Position numbers and translations under genes: made by a program. From the human T2T-CHM13v2.0 reference genome, Homo sapiens, in assembly GCF_009914755.1 (NCBI RefSeq), contig NC_060939.1: 64,000 nucleotides of DNA; one strand, 5' to 3'. Of this stretch, positions 59,671 to 64,000 are shown piece after piece. Position 1 is the stretch's first letter, and each line of letters begins with the position of its first letter. Below the pieces are notes generated by a model that was given only the letters and a program-made list of their open reading frames with translations, had not been told where the DNA came from and made no database searches.

Positions 59671-60908
59671 ATTCTATTATTACATATTTCTGTCATTTCA
59701 GTAGGATTTGGAATGAACAAAATATAAACACATTAGATCTGTTTGCCATCTTTTACCTGAAAGCCTAAAGCATGGTTTTGACTGATAAGAATCATTTACA
59801 ATTCAATAGCAACGCTATTGCTCATACTTTAAAAATTTTTATTTAAACCAAAATGAGAAAACTTTGGAGTTCATCACCATTAAAAACAATGACAAAACTT
59901 GTGGATTTTGTTTTGCTCCCTTTTAATACTCCAATATATATTTTGATTTAAAAATTTCTTAAGAGACCACCACAGAAAATATCCATTATAAAACTTATTT
60001 CTAGAATCATAACCATCTTTATAAAGCTGCAATTGAAAACAAAAAATAAGAAGAAAGAAAAAAAAGAGACATGAATAGCCTTTTTTTCTTTCCTGTTGTT
60101 TTGATCTGTATTTGTCCAAGTATGCATCTATGAATAAACCTAGTCCCTCATCCACTAACCTTCTTTTGAACTTAAATGATTTGTATGTGGTCTAATCATA
60201 TTTCCTGGTCCCATGGCACTCTAGAGTCTAACTGTGCATGCCGGTCTCTTATTTCCATACATTGTATCTCAGAGATAACCAAATGCATAGCCAACTTCCC
60301 TAATTACAGTCACCAGGTCCTGGCGGCCTCCTGCAGTGCCCTCTCTTCCCTGCATCCTTTCACTTTTGTGTTTTCATTTTTTCCATCTCTCTCCCTGAAG
60401 TATACTCTCCTTCAAATTTCCCCTGGCCCTAAGGAGACTGCTTCAACATTTGTTTACATGTCAAAAATAATTGAAGACTAAATTAATTCTCAGCTTCAGT
60501 TTATCAAGCCCCTTTTCAATTGTGGCTTTTTCCCCCTTCAGACTTTGGAATTTAGCAACTAGGATAGCCTTTGAAAACAGAAAAAAGCACAATAGATATT
60601 GATGGATCACTTGATAGACTGTATCCTCTAGGCCTAGAGTCTATGATTTTATGATTGATTGATGTGCTAGGTTTCTTTTTGTTTTTTCCTCATGGGTTCC
60701 CAACATCTGATTATTAAATTACACAGAGAGAGCCATTAAGCATGTTTGTAAAGCCCACATTCTTAATATCTCTGCTCCTTTTTTTTAAAAGAGACTTAAT
60801 GGAAAACCTAATATAAACACCTGAACTGTGCATTCTTTCATGAGAGGAAGACATATTTCATAACTCCTTATATACTAAAAACACAATATATTGGCCAAAC
60901 ATGTGGAA

Positions 60909-60947
<39 letters not shown>
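60909..60947. repeat. (CA)n microsatellite, about 19 units
   Basis: Read directly. Confidence 0.95.
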
Positions 60948-60949
<2 letters not shown>

Positions 60950-61091
60950 TGCCTATTTTTGTATTTTATATATTTACTTTCTTATACTTTACATGTTCTG
61001 TGTAAATGAACTAGATATGTAACACATTGAGCTATGTATATATAGTAGATTGAATGTCTGTGATGTCTTAGGAACACATAGGATTGGGGAT

Positions 61092-61642
61092 TGTGACAGG
61101 CAGCTTCTGAGATGACCTCCTAAGAATTTCCACCTCCTGATATATTTGCTTTGTGTAATTCCCTCCCGTTGAGTATGATCTAGTCTAGTGACTTGCTGTT
61201 ATGTAATAAAATATAGCAAAAGTGATAGGATACCACTTCAGTGACTGGATACAAAAGACTGTAACATTTGTATTTCAAGTAGATTCTCTCAATTGACTCT
61301 ATCCTTTCATGGCTTTAGTAAGGCAAGTTGCCATCTTGAGAGACTCAAGGGACAAGAAATTGAGGGCAGCTGCTGGCCAGCAGCCATCTAGAAATTGAGG
61401 ACTTCAATCCAACCAGCCCTTGAAGAACTGAATTTTGCCAGCAGACACATGAATTGGGAGTGGATACTTTCCCAGCTGAGACTTACATGAGGCTGCAGCC
61501 CTGGCTGATACCTCAATTGTAGCCTCTTAAAGATTCTGATATAGAGACCCCAGATAAGTCATGCCTAGACTTAGAGAAATTGAAAATAATAATCACACCT
61601 TATTTTCTCCAATAAGTTTGTTAATTTGTTATATGGCAATAA
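61092..61642 (+). mobile_element. MLT1F-like LTR
   Basis: tgtgacaggcagcttctgagatg...ccacctcctg...gctgcagccctggctga...aatttgttatatggcaata. Confidence 0.75.
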
Positions 61643-61854
61643 AGGCCACATTTGTGGAATGCATGCTCAGTACTCAACAAGGGAATGGGCAGCTGATATA
61701 CACAATCTCATTTGGTTGTAACAATCATTCTGCAAAGTAAGGCTTTGGTTGAGATATAAGCATGACTGCAAATTGCACAGATGCAGAAAAAAACACTTCT
61801 GACAAGTTAGTTAGCTCAACCTGCCCAAGGTGACATGGAGCCAAGATTTTACTT

Positions 61855-62207
61855 TATTTTTTCTTTTATATATATATATATTTTTTATTATACTTTAAGT
61901 TCTAGGGTACATGTGCACAACATGCAGGTTTGTTACATATGTATACATGTGCCATGTTGGTGTGCTGCACTCATTAACTCATCATTTACATTAGGTGTAT
62001 CTACTAATGCTATCCCTTCCCCCACCCCATAGCAGGCCCTGGTGTGTGATGTTCCCCTTCCTGTGTCCAAGTGTGCTCACTGTTCAATTCCCACCTATGA
62101 GTGAGAACATGCAGTGTTTGTTTTTTTGTCCTTCGATAGTTTGCTGAGAACGATGGTTTCAAGCTTCATCCATGTCCCTACAAAAGACGTGAACTCATCA
62201 TTTTTTT
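61855..62207 (-). mobile_element. L1PA4/5-like 3' end, interrupted by a younger L1
   Basis: Antisense 3'UTR stopping at gaactcatcattttttt. Confidence 0.85.

Positions 62208-64000
<1,793 letters not shown>

Overview
Primate genomic DNA, very probably hominoid (human or great ape): it carries an AluY, an L1PA2-like LINE-1 and a HERV-H LTR7-family solo LTR. The window is AT-rich and dominated by interspersed repeats: about 16 Alus, young and old L1s, MaLR/ERV LTRs, MER/Tigger DNA-transposon fossils, and MIR/L2. I recognise no cellular protein-coding gene, RNA gene or CRISPR-like system, and I cannot name the locus. The ORFs with recognisable homology are broken L1 ORF2 fragments or Alu-derived. 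Repeat subfamily names come from recalled consensus sequences and need RepeatMasker/Dfam confirmation. The most unusual structures are: (1) a double-tailed, head-to-head L1PA7-like insertion whose two 3' arms share non-consensus variants, which is not standard twin priming; (2) an L1 with a 30-nt 3' transduction inside a 16-bp TSD; (3) a ~1 kb minisatellite built from a perfect 20-bp AT palindrome, flanked by convergent THE1 LTRs that each keep a DUX4 motif; (4) a non-repeat island at 55.4-57.6 kb with an ETS+CArG pair and a CRE cluster; (5) several candidate non-coding exons. None of these is shown to be a new biological system; they are testable leads.
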